Of a stretch of 64,000 nucleotides of DNA, positions 1 to 9,650 are shown piece after piece (the first letter of the stretch is position 1; the number at the start of each line of letters is the position of its first letter). The stretch is from Zygnema circumcarinatum SAG 698-1b. Its lineage: Eukaryota; Plantae; Zygnematophyceae. Under the pieces are notes generated by a model. The model was not told the DNA's origin and searched no databases. It saw only the letters and a program-made list of their open reading frames with translations. The translations under genes were made by a program, and so were the position numbers. The stretch covers positions 2,108,001 to 2,172,000 of the forward strand of contig CM074807.1 in assembly GCA_037447605.1 (NCBI GenBank), written 5' to 3'.

Positions 1-236
1 GTAATAAGGGAAGTGTAGCGTAACGGAGCTGCGTTCGACGGATTTGCGTCAGTTCAATTGTACTTGACGTATGCCTCTTCCGTGTCACGGATCAACGGAA
101 TCCAGGAGCTGCCAACGGAGATTGAGAGAAGGCGGCGCCATGCGTTGGCGGCCCACGGAACAGCACACCATCCAGCAAGGCGCACTCGGGAACACCGCCT
201 GAGGCCGCCGATTATCATTCGTTGACNNNNNNNNNN

Positions 237-3200
237 GCAAGGGCAGGACGATCGCATGGACCCTCCAGCTTTCGAACCAACCTGCAGAGAAGCACACGAG
301 TCAGATCTGAGTTCCCCAGCAAGATGGAAGAGATGATGACAAAACTGATAGCCTTGATTCCTGAAAAGAGTGAGGTGAGGGATACCACGGGCATCATCAC
401 TAGAGGCTTCACCGGCAAGCAGGAAGATGCAGAGTCTTGGCTGAGACACCTTGAGGAGAAGGCAGCGCAAGCAGACCTGAAGGAGGACCAGTGGATCAAG
501 CTTGCCCTTGGAGCGCTGGAAGGCGAGGCAGTCAACTGGAAGCTGTCCCGAAACTGGCACAAAGCAGATGTCGTCGCCACCCTGACAAGGGACACATTCA
601 AGCAAGCTTTCAGACAACGCTGGATTTCAGATCCGATCACTGTGCTGGACCGACTTCGCTACATAGAATGCTACAGTGATGAGCGGCTGTTTGAATTCAC
701 TGAGCGCTTTGTGCGCATGGCAAATACGATCGAGAACTTGCCTGACTTTTCCGAAGTGCTCCAGTGGTTCCGCAAGGCCATCAGCGAGAAGGATCTCCAC
801 CTGGATCGTGAGCTGCGAGACAACCCACCAGCAGATGCCCAGGCATTGTTAGACAGGGCAGAGCGAATTCAGAAGGATCAAGAGAGAGGCAACCGACATG
901 TACGACCACATTACATGAACGCTACAGATCCACGACAAGATCGACTCTACCAGCAGTTCCTGAAGACACAGAATCAACAGTTGTTCGATCCCTACGCTAC
1001 ATCTACTCGGAACAAGCCTTCCTTCTCCGGCGTCACTGCTCAGGACGTCCGGACAGCCCCTGTGGTGCAGCCTCTGGCCATAGCCAGCACAACCAAGCCC
1101 CTTCCCCTTTCCCCATACCCTCATGATCCGGCGCATCCCATTGAGCCGGCGGTGAATCCTCACATACCAGATGTTTCTCGTCCAGGATATCGGGCTCCTT
1201 ATTCCGATCGCACACCCGAAGAGAGAGAAGCTGCCAGGGCCGATCTGCGCCGTCGGATGACAGAGGCAGGGGTTCCGGAGGGCGTCTGTCTTGCCTGCGG
1301 CCTGAATCATAATCCGCGGCTGCGTTGCGGACCATGGACCTGCACCTTCTGTCAGATCACGGGACATGATGCCCGTGTGTGCATGCGGAGACTCTCAAGT
1401 GAGAAGGCCCGAAAGGGGAAAGAGGCAGCTGAAGGGAGCTCACCTGCAGAGATCACCTTCATGGATATGNNNNNNNNNNCCTTGGGATCCCTGCCTGAGG
1501 AGGAAATTGAAGATCTCAATGAAGAGGAGCCGACAGCGGCGCAGCCAGAGCCGACGGCACCGGCGACCGAAGAGATGCACGTCAATCCACCCCATCGCCC
1601 TCGGGCAGCTCGTTTCTACCCCCAAGCAGCCGATCGTCGACCACCCCCCCCGACAGACGGCCTATCCCTGATTGAACGCATGGTTCATCAACTCATGGGA
1701 GACAAGGCTAAGATCGGCATTACCTTGTCACAGTTGATGCAGCTTGTACCAGGTGCTGCCGCCGTAGTTCGAAAGCTAGCCGACAGTGCAGAGGCCACCC
1801 TGCGGCCTCCCACGGTTCCTATGGCATCTCCTCCGGACGTCCCCTCGCCAGCCGATATCCACCACATGGCGACGGCGCCTCCTCCGGACCCAGTTCGCTC
1901 TCCCCGCCATCCTCCTCGCCAGATTCAGATCCTCCCTCTGATCCCCACACCCAACGTGCGAATCATTGTCAATGTATGGCTCAACGGTCATCCCAGCAAA
2001 GCCATGATCGACACAGGAGCCATGCGCACAGTTCTGTCCAAGCCTGTGATGAAGGCTGCAGGGGTTAAGTTGGACAAGACACTTGAGCCCATTCCCCGAT
2101 ATGTGGGGGTTGAAGGGAGCTTACATGAAGGATTGGGCAGCGCCCAAGTGGTCATCAGTCTTGGCGAGATGGGAGCCACGGTGAATGCGGTCATCACGGC
2201 CGCTGAACACTATTCTATCCTGCTGGGCTCAGATTGGCTCATCGCGATGGGAGCACAAATCGACTTTGCTACATGTCAACTGCACTTATCTGCTGGCGGG
2301 ACAGACTGCTCCTTCCCCATCATCCTCGAGTCCCTTACCACCTCCGCCTTCCCCAAGCGCCACGCCACGGCGCAGGTCTCCTACCCGGAGATCACCATGT
2401 ACCATTCGGTCGGCAGCCCCCATTCTTCTTATGGATCGGCCAATTCTGATACCGATGACGAGACTCCCCCTCCTGCTCCTCCGAGTCCAGCTCTCGGTGC
2501 GCCGACGGAAGAACTGTTGCCGCCAGTGATACCTACACCCAACTTTCCCCCCCATGAGACCATCAGTGATGAGGAGTGGCTGGAAATAGAGGGGCAGATG
2601 CGATTGGGGCCTGCAGTCCTCTCAGACCCGATCAAGCATTCTCAACTACGCCAAGTGCTGCGCCGAAATCACCTAGTTTTCGCACGACATTCACTCGACA
2701 TCGGCAAGACTCACTTGATTGAGCACCACATCGATACGGGGGATGCGCCTCCCGTGATGACCCTGACTCCCTACCGCTTTTCCGCCGCGCAGCAGGCCGA
2801 TGTCGAACGACAGATCGACGAGAACGTGGCTGCCGGATTGATGGAACCTGGAGAAGGGCCGTGGGCCAGCCCGGCCGTTCTGCCCCCAAAGCCGGATGGC
2901 ACACTCCGCTTCTGTGGGGACTACCGAAAACTGAATGCAATAACGAAGTGGGATCCCTACACATTACCGGATGTGGACCTGATTCTCCACGGCGTCTCCC
3001 CTGATGACCGGTGGTTCTCGGCACTTGACATGCAGAAATCCTTCTGGCAGATCCCCCTGCGGCAGGCCGATCGCTGCAAGACAGGGCTTCGCACAGCCAC
3101 GCGCTTTGTGCAGTGGACAGTGCTTCCATTCGGGCTCAAGAATTCCAGTCAGACTCACCAGCGCCTGGCCAACCAGGTGTTCGGCCCCTGTCGTGCCTTC

Positions 3201-4070
3201 TGCGAACCTTACGTGGATGATGCTTCGATCCACAGCAAGGACTGGTCCTCCCACCTGCAACACATTGACCAAGTCCTGCAACAGCTCATCAGTGCGCGTC
3301 TGAAGATTGCACCCAAGAAGTGCAAATGGGGCCACCAGGAGATCACTCATCTCGGGCACCGCCTCGGCATCAATGGCCTGAAACCATCACTCGATAAGAT
3401 TGAAGCGATTGCCCTTATGCCGATTCCACAGACCCTCACTCAGCTCAAGTCCTTCCTGGGGCTCACCTCATTCTATCGCCGGTTCATCAAGGGCTATGCC
3501 CTTATTGCGCGTCCCCTACATGCCCTGGAGAAGCACGGAGTCCACTACGAATGGAGCCGCGCGCAGGATTTGGCCTTCCAAGCGCTCAAGAGTGCCCTCC
3601 TTCAGGCTCCTTGCCTGCATCAATTCGACCCCACCCTTCCCACCATTATTGACGCCGACTGGAGTCAGACAGGCTTTGGGGCAGTGGCCAGCCAAGCATT
3701 CTCAGATGGGGAACACCCGGTCAGTTTTGCAAGCAGGGTCTGTTCAGAAACCGAGACCAAGTATAGCCCTACTGAGGGAGAGGCCGCGGCTATCCTCTGG
3801 GCACTCGAGAAGTTCAAGCTCTTCACGGCCTACCAGCCCGTTATCATCCGGACTGACCACATGCCCCTCACTTGGCTGCACATCATGGCTACCCTACGAC
3901 CTAAGTTTGCACGATGGGTGATGAAGTTGGAGGAGTATAATGTGCTTAAGGTCACCCACCGTCCCGGCCGTAGTCACGGCAATGCTGACGGCCTCAGTCG
4001 CAATCCTTCGGCTCCCCTCCTCTGTCACGACCGCTGTCTCCTAACCCATCCCCTCCACCCATCCTCTTGA
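237..4070 (+). CDS. Gag-Pol polyprotein (capsid, zinc knuckle, aspartic protease, reverse transcriptase, RNase H)
   Basis: Motifs: CTFCQITGHDARVC (CX2CX4HX4C); MIDTGA and ILLGSDWL (protease); WASPAVLPPKPDGTLRFCGDYRKLN, LPFGLKNS and YVDD (RT); DADWSQTGFGAV, YSPTEGEAAAI and TDH (RNase H). Frame continuity across the N gap at 1470-1479 is not guaranteed. Confidence 0.93.
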   Translation, partial: ARAGRSHGPSSFRTNLQRSTRVRSEFPSKMEEMMTKLIALIPEKSEVRDTTGIITRGFTGKQEDAESWLRHLEEKAAQADLKEDQWIKLALGALEGEAVNWKLSRNWHKADVVATLTRDTFKQAFRQRWISDPITVLDRLRYIECYSDERLFEFTERFVRMANTIENLPDFSEVLQWFRKAISEKDLHLDRELRDNPPADAQALLDRAERIQKDQERGNRHVRPHYMNATDPRQDRLYQQFLKTQNQQLFDPYATSTRNKPSFSGVTAQDVRTAPVVQPLAIASTTKPLPLSPYPHDPAHPIEPAVNPHIPDVSRPGYRAPYSDRTPEEREAARADLRRRMTEAGVPEGVCLACGLNHNPRLRCGPWTCTFCQITGHDARVCMRRLSSEKARKGKEAAEGSSPAEITFMDMXXXXLGSLPEEEIEDLNEEEPTAAQPEPTAPATEEMHVNPPHRPRAARFYPQAADRRPPPPTDGLSLIERMVHQLMGDKAKIGITLSQLMQLVPGAAAVVRKLADSAEATLRPPTVPMASPPDVPSPADIHHMATAPPPDPVRSPRHPPRQIQILPLIPTPNVRIIVNVWLNGHPSKAMIDTGAMRTVLSKPVMKAAGVKLDKTLEPIPRYVGVEGSLHEGLGSAQVVISLGEMGATVNAVITAAEHYSILLGSDWLIAMGAQIDFATCQLHLSAGGTDCSFPIILESLTTSAFPKRHATAQVSYPEITMYHSVGSPHSSYGSANSDTDDETPPPAPPSPALGAPTEELLPPVIPTPNFPPHETISDEEWLEIEGQMRLGPAVLSDPIKHSQLRQVLRRNHLVFARHSLDIGKTHLIEHHIDTGDAPPVMTLTPYRFSAAQQADVERQIDENVAAGLMEPGEGPWASPAVLPPKPDGTLRFCGDYRKLNAITKWDPYTLPDVDLILHGVSPDDRWFSALDMQKSFWQIPLRQADRCKTGLRTATRFVQWTVLPFGLKNSSQTHQRLANQVFGPCRAFCEPYVDDASIHSKDWSSHLQHIDQVLQQLISARLKIAPKKCKWGHQEITHLGHRLGINGLKPSLDKIEAIALMPIPQTLTQLKSFLGLTSFYRRFIKGYALIARPLHALEKHGVHYEWSRAQDLAFQALKSALLQAPCLHQFDPTLPTIIDADWSQTGFGAVASQAFSDGEHPVSFASRVCSETETKYSPTEGEAAAILWALEKFKLFTAYQPVIIRTDHMPLTWLHIMATLRPKFARWVMKLEEYNVLKVTHRPGRSHGNADGLSRNPSAPLLCHDRCLLTHPLHPSS

Positions 4071-5173
4071 ATCCTGAGTATCTTCCCATTGAGATCTTTA
4101 TTGCAGAGCAAGACTTACATGAGGTCATAGTCGCAGATGGAATTATCGATATTCCGGCCACCGCCACCACCCTCCATCGCTGGGAGGACCCTGACTTCAC
4201 CCACGGCCACCCCCATGCGGATCCGTGGGAAATCTCATGGATGACGATGGCGACGCTCGCTTACTTCCTCCCCATTTCCCCAGCGCCAATGACGTCCATT
4301 CAGACTCCTCCCTTCTGCGCTACGTTATGTCCCGCACGCTGCCCCCCTTTGTCACGGATACCGAGAGGGCTCGGCTGCTCCGCCGCGCTCGGAACTTCTC
4401 TGTCGATGATGACGGACAGATTCTCTACACTTCCTTCCGGCCTTCCCGTCCCATTCCCTAACGAGCGTCTGGAAATCCTGGACGTCGCCCACGATGCCCA
4501 ACCTGCAGGCTTCCACCTCGGCCAGAAGAAGATGGTGGCTCTGCTGCAGGAACGCTACTATTGGCCCGGCCTCCATGGCGCGGTGAACCGCTACATCGAA
4601 ACCTGCACCCGCTGCCAACGCGGCAAGCGCTCTGCTCCCCCCGACCGCCAACCCCTGGAGATGGGTGAGATCCCAACACGCGGCGTCGCNNNNNNNNNNC
4701 ACTCCTCCACGGGCTTCTCTCCCTACGAGCTCCTCTATGGCCGTAAGCCCCGCATTCCCCTTGACCTCCTCTCTGCTGAGCCCCTCTTCTACGATGACGC
4801 GCCTCCCCCGGATCGGGTCGCCCAGCTTCAGCTCCTGGCCCTCCGCTTCCAAACCCTAGATTCCATGGCCTCCCACCACCTCGAACGAGCGCACAGACGA
4901 CAACTCACCGACTTTGGGAGGCGCCGACGCGCTGCTCTCCCGCCCAATCAGGTAGCGCCACATCAGCTCATTTGGCTCAGGAATCTCGCCAAACCGACTC
5001 AACGGGCTTTTCCGTGGTTGGGCCCCTTCATTTGTGTCGGTCCGTCGGAGATCCCAGGTTGGGCCATCATTTCGGAGGCTCCTGACTCTAGTGGGCACGC
5101 CCGGCGCTGGCGTTCACACTGGATCGACATTCGTGCCGCCACGTCAGCGGTTCCTCCCCCCCGCGATGGCTGA
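4067..5173 (+). CDS. Retrotransposon integrase in the -1 frame relative to pol; DDE core mostly lost in the N gap
   Basis: Zinc-binding HHCC region (HDAQPAGFHLG...CTRCQ), HSSTGFSPYELLYG, and GPY/F-like PWLGPF. The gap at 4690-4699 lies where the catalytic core should be. No chromodomain is seen. Confidence 0.88.
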   Translation: MNPEYLPIEIFIAEQDLHEVIVADGIIDIPATATTLHRWEDPDFTHGHPHADPWEISWMTMATLAYFLPISPAPMTSIQTPPFCATLCPARCPPLSRIPRGLGCSAALGTSLSMMTDRFSTLPSGLPVPFPNERLEILDVAHDAQPAGFHLGQKKMVALLQERYYWPGLHGAVNRYIETCTRCQRGKRSAPPDRQPLEMGEIPTRGVXXXXHSSTGFSPYELLYGRKPRIPLDLLSAEPLFYDDAPPPDRVAQLQLLALRFQTLDSMASHHLERAHRRQLTDFGRRRRAALPPNQVAPHQLIWLRNLAKPTQRAFPWLGPFICVGPSEIPGWAIISEAPDSSGHARRWRSHWIDIRAATSAVPPPRDG

Positions 5174-6236
5174 GCGTTTGCGNNNNNNNNNNCAGAATCC
5201 CTACGTCTTCCGCTGCGCGTACCTCTGAATCCCCCGGATCCTGGCTCTATGCTGCAGGCAGACCCACATCACCACCCCAACCCTACGTCAGTTTCAGCAC
5301 GGACACGCGAGTGGCCGTACAGCACCTGCAGCTAGCTCAGCAGTCTTTGTTTAACCCCACTTATCTTGTGCTACAGAAGGGAAGTCGAAGGGGTCGAAAA
5401 CCACGAGGGCCCTCTTCTCCCGTCTCCCCTGCCCTTCGCCCTCTCCCGCTCTCTCCTCCCTCGAACGCGAGCCCGCTCCCTCCATATTCCCGCGCCCGTT
5501 TGTCTCTATCCGAAGAGGTTACGTCTACAGCTGCAGCATCAATACATGGATTCTCATGAGAGCCCTCCCATCGCTCCGAGTGCGCCCCCTACAGTGAGTG
5601 AGTAAGCAGACGATGGAGGAGCTGAGTATCTCGCCAGAACATTGCGACGACCAACTGGATGTTCCGTATGTCTCTCGTCGTGCCGCGCCACATGGGGGAA
5701 AGCTTGCTTCACGTGTCCATGGCGGGTGTGCTGCTCGTGGTCTGCACGGTGTTGGTGTTCAGTGGCTTAAGGCATCTTCACAAGCTAATAGCGACCGGTA
5801 AAGAATCAGGAACGAGAGTTAATTCATTAAAAAAATTGGCTTGGTACGCTTGAATTAGATGTGCATTAAGATGAGATGTTTTGAAATGGGGCGGCGTTAC
5901 AATGATGTGTCGGACTTTGACGTGGGTAATTCGGAAAATAACATCATAAAGTAATTGAAAATTGAAGGAGACCATATTACTGCAATACCAGTGTTCCCAG
6001 GTATACACGTCATTCCTGTCTGATTGAATATTTTCTCTCTGCCTCGGTGCGGACGAGTAGCGGCACCGATACTAATCTTGTAAATTATATGCTCCGAGTG
6101 TTTGTGGGTATCAAAAGGATTAAGCGCTTGAAAAAAGTGCTTATTGGATGTAATAACTTCATGTGTTTTACTGCATGCATGCGTGGTCTGTATGATAGGT
6201 CCATTTCACCCCTCAACAAATAATTTGCGACACATT

Positions 6237-6694
6237 AGGGCGGTTCAGACTTCACACATGGCCAAATCAATTTAGTAAGCCTGTCGGGCGAATTAAGCAT
6301 TGTACGGCCGGGGAACTTAGTACTCAGCGCAAATTCAGTAATTTAGGAGCGCAGCGAATTGAGCAGAGCAATTTCGCACCTCGGGGCTAAGTCTGACCCC
6401 CCTTTTTTCGCACCGCCGCGCTCCCTCCGCCGCGCGCCGCCCGCCGGCCTCCGTTATGTCGCCACTCGCCACGCGCGTCAGGCGCGGCGCGATTTCCCAT
6501 CGGCGGAGTGCTTAATTTGCAAGTCATCGGCCTCCAGAGGCCCTGCGTTTGGGCGTGCTTAATTGGGCCTTTTAATACCCCGGAAATCACGGAACAGTAC
6601 GGACAAGTTCGGCGGATCCGCGGTTTCCGACCCGACCTTTTAGTATACTAAATTCGAGAATTTAGTACGCTCCGGGCAAAGTCTAACCCGCTCT
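6237..6694. mobile_element. Non-autonomous DNA transposon (MITE), PIF/Harbinger-like, 458 bp
   Basis: Imperfect TIRs AGGGCGGTTCAGACTT (6237-6252) and AAGTCTAACCCGCTCT (6679-6694), 13/16 matching. ATT flanks both sides (6234-6236, 6695-6697). A TIR-like internal copy lies at 6389-6403. Confidence 0.7.
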
Positions 6695-7253
6695 ATTAAT
6701 GGTCAACCAGATGATGCCCAGTTTTAGAGCGACTCTTCTCAAGAATGTTGCGGTGCACTTCGTTTATTTTTTTATTTTTTTATTTTTTTTATTTTTTTGT
6801 TTCAAACACTGCCTCAAACATCGAACAAAGCTTGCACTCCATATTCTCAACCTGCTCCCACAGCCAGAAGCTGTGGATCGTGGCCCGTGTGAAAAGCAAC
6901 GTGCTCAGTGAAAGGTAGCCTTCTCCTCTCTTTGTTCTCGTTGCCTTTCAAGACATATAGCATATAAGGAAATGCAGATCACACCACAATGACACCCTCG
7001 TCACGCACTGCTCTTACAGCCATACAAGTAGATGGTGCGTTACACAAAAGACCCACACGGTTGATTCCTGTCACCCCTCATGTAAATGAGCCCGCGCTCT
7101 TCATGCATTGCCACTGAAAATGATAACGAGCTAAAACATTATAGCAAGGGGGCTCCGCAAGTCTTCGTAAATGCAAGGCATTTTGCTGCTTTTATACTTT
7201 GTAAATTATTTTTCAGTCAGTCCCGATAGCGAAATTCCAATCTTTCAACTTCC

Positions 7254-8676
7254 TCAGTCTCGGTTAGAAGGCTTTGACGACATTCCGGTCTGCTCAGCCA
7301 TATTCTCCGCCTCCTTCTGAAAAGCATCCTTGGTTTGGACCCCCAGTTCAAGGAGTTCCGCCGGTGTCTGCCGAATCTTCTGCTTAGTTTCCTCTGCCGT
7401 GCCTTCTGCGGTGTGCCTCTCCTCAGCAGCCTGTCCCGCAACCGCTTCAGCTACCTTCCCTGCATCGCGACGCAACGACTTGCCCAGCTCCACTCCAACG
7501 TCTTTTAATTGGGTGGCAGTATCCATGGCTGTGTCCGCCTGCTCCATGGCGGCCGATGCCACCTTCCCCGCATCCCGCTGAACAGCTTTGACGGCCTCCT
7601 TGCCAACTTCCCCAAGCTCTTTTGCCGTCTCCTTCACCTTATCCATTCGATCTCCTGCCAGCGAACGCTTCCCCAGAGGCTCAGCTTTCAGATTCAGGAA
7701 ACTGATCCACATCCAATTGTCCACAGTTTCAGTTCCAATACGATCAATGAGCACACGACGGTATGGATCATTAGAGTCGAGGTAAAGATAAGAACTGAAG
7801 AAAAAGTCTGAAGAGGGGATGCGAAAAAAGTGAAAGTGCACGCATGAGAGCCAACGAGAATAATGGAGACAGCACACAAATCCCATTAAAACAATACCAT
7901 CAGAAAAAAACAAAACCAGTGGAAAGCATGGCGACATACCCCACGATTCTGATTGGGAGGGACTGTTGCTCTGCCCGACGCTCTCCAATAGCGGGGTGGA
8001 ACCAGCCTGCCCACCAAGCGGTCAACGCACTCGCCAGATGATTCGAAACATTCAACATACAGCTTGAATGCAACCAAGATGTAAAAAAAGGAAAAGACAA
8101 GACCAGCAAAGAAAACCTTTTTACAAACCCCTTAAATCATCCTTCCGATTTCTTGGATAGCATCCAGACAGATAAAAATATGTGTATAGATATTTCTTTC
8201 TTTTTATCTTGACTCCTTTCTAGAAAAAAAAATTATCTTCTGCAATTTGTTTTTTTTTTCATTTCTTAAGAGGAGGCCAAAAATTGGTCTCCAGGAGGGA
8301 AACTGAATTCGTCATCGTGTACTCTTGAAACTCCCGCATCCTCTGTAGAAACGTCAAGTAATCAGCGCCGTCCATGATGCCGCAGTCTTTTCTCTTCTTT
8401 CTGCCGTTCCGAGAAGCAGCGCTAGGTCTTGCAACTGGAAAAACTAAACACAAGCAGACAATTTTTTCATCAAAAAGTCTTGCCTTCCTGCCTGGGAACT
8501 TAACTCCGTTGCCTTACCCTAAAAAACCCGCGGCATAGCGCCGGCCCGGCCGTCCTCTCCCAAGCCCGCAAGCTCCTTCCTGCCTCCATGGCCACGTAGA
8601 GCGCCTGCTTCTGTTGGCCCATAGTCCGTGCAAGAGCCTCCCTTGAAGCGCGGTGGAGGACGCCTCTGGAAGCCAT
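7254..8676 (-). CDS. LEA-like (group 3/LEA_4-type) hydrophilic repeat protein with a probable organelle presequence; tentative exons 8676-8518, 8006-7940, 7807-7254
   Basis: A/E/K/D-rich amphipathic repeats (MDKVKETAKELGEVGKEAVKAVQRDAGKVASAA...). Exon 1 reads MASRGVLHRASREALAR... and ends at AGG|GTAAGG. Phases of the proposed exons are compatible. The LEA exon is secure; the upstream exons are tentative. Confidence 0.7.
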
Positions 8677-8767
8677 GGCAGGCAGGCACTGCGACCAAGC
8701 TGCAAGCAAGCGCCGGGAGTCTCCCCCTTCCCTTCATACCGCCCAGAGCGAGGGCGGGCGGGCGTGC

Positions 8768-8974
8768 CACGTGGGCGCTGGCTTTCGCCGACACGCTGCG
8801 CCTCTGCAACGTGGCATGCGCGGCGGCGCTCCACGTGTACTGGACACTTGGCGGACCAGCGAGGGGGGCCGTTCACACGCGAGCCTGTTCACACGGCGAG
8901 GGCGAGGGCGGGCCCGAGCGCAGGTCGGCGCAGGGCACGGCACTGGAAACCCTCCACGTGGCAGTCTGACGTGG
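8768..8974. promoter_or_regulatory. G-box/ABRE cluster upstream of the LEA gene
   Basis: CACGTG at 8768, 8832 and 8955, plus ACGTGG at 8809 and 8969. These lie about 90-300 bp upstream of the minus-strand ATG at 8676. Confidence 0.65.
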
Positions 8975-9129
8975 AAGGATCGTCTCGCGGGGGTCGTCCC
9001 CGTATACGGAAAGTTCTATTTACAGTCATTTTTTTTTTCTGAAAACAGTCACTTTTTCGCCGGGAAGTTTTTACAAAGGATTTTTTATCGAAAAAATCCC
9101 GTTTGTAAACGTTCATCTGACCTTAATGG

Positions 9130-9490
9130 GGAATCATTGTCGGCCTTCTCATCCCATGCATCCCCAAGATCGGCAAGCATGTTGTGAAGAATGAAACAAA
9201 TGCGCACCCATTCAGTGACTCGTTTTTTATCACTGGGCCCACGTAGTTGTACTAACAGCACCTTCAAAGAAAAGAATCGTCCTTTTGCAATTCCTATATA
9301 ATAGGGCGTGTCAGACTGAAAAAAATTCTCGTAATACTAAAAACTCGATATTCGTAACATTTTGTTAAGTCTGACACGCCCTAATAATGCTCGTTGAACC
9401 CGTGTTTTGGCAATGCAGAAATTGAATTCTGTCATCATACAATCATGTCGCGCCAGGTGTTGCGCCCTTATACTTTGTAAACGCGCACCC
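9130..9490 (-). pseudogene. Degenerate PIF/Harbinger (DDE_Tnp_4-type) transposase C-terminal fragment
   Basis: Across frameshifts it reads YKG...EFNFCIAKTRV-NEH..IGIAKGRFFSLKVLLVQLRGPSDKKRVTEWVRICFILHNMLADLGDAWDE. This matches the Harbinger pattern FN...R..EH.IG..KGRF..L...C..LHN. An 80-bp insertion interrupts it. Confidence 0.75.
9303..9382. mobile_element. 80-bp mini-MITE with perfect 15-bp TIRs
   Basis: TIRs are AGGGCGTGTCAGACT and AGTCTGACACGCCCT. AAT flanks both sides (9300-9302, 9383-9385). The TIR is related to that of the 6237-6694 element. Confidence 0.85.
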
Positions 9491-9650
9491 TTCGTACTGT
9501 ATGTATGGGGCCCGTACGGTAAGGATGTGACTGGACGCGGGCGTTGCAGGAGATGCAGTTCCGCGTCCTGTCTTGGAATGGAGGGCCATAGCCATGGGCT
9601 CCTGCTGCTGCTGGTCGTAAAGGGGAGCTGCGAGCAAGTCTCGCACGGCC

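Larger units (their letters stand above)
227..5192. other. Four 10-N scaffold gaps (227-236, 1470-1479, 4690-4699, 5183-5192)
   Basis: Read directly from the sequence. They are confined to the retroelement, as expected for a collapsed repeat. Confidence 0.98.
1..5901 (+). mobile_element. Ty3/gypsy LTR retrotransposon, fragmentary assembly; boundaries uncertain
   Basis: Domain order is gag-PR-RT-RH-IN, which is the gypsy order. All four 10-N gaps in the window fall inside it. The right end is tentative, at ...GGGGCGGCGTTACA (5901), which resembles a gypsy LTR terminus. No LTR pair is demonstrable in the window. Confidence 0.75.

Noticed and set aside
1-226. Possible 5' LTR or PPT (AAGGGAAG|TGTAG) at the window start
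   Set aside because: No matching second LTR and no PBS are visible, and the sequence is cut by a gap and the window edge.
8259-8453. Short ORF DGADYLTFLQRMREF... as the tail of the Harbinger transposase, with a TTAA-flanked insertion at 8500-9126
   Set aside because: There are no TIRs inside the TTAA sites and no diagnostic motif. The intervening block is better explained as LEA exon 1 and its promoter.
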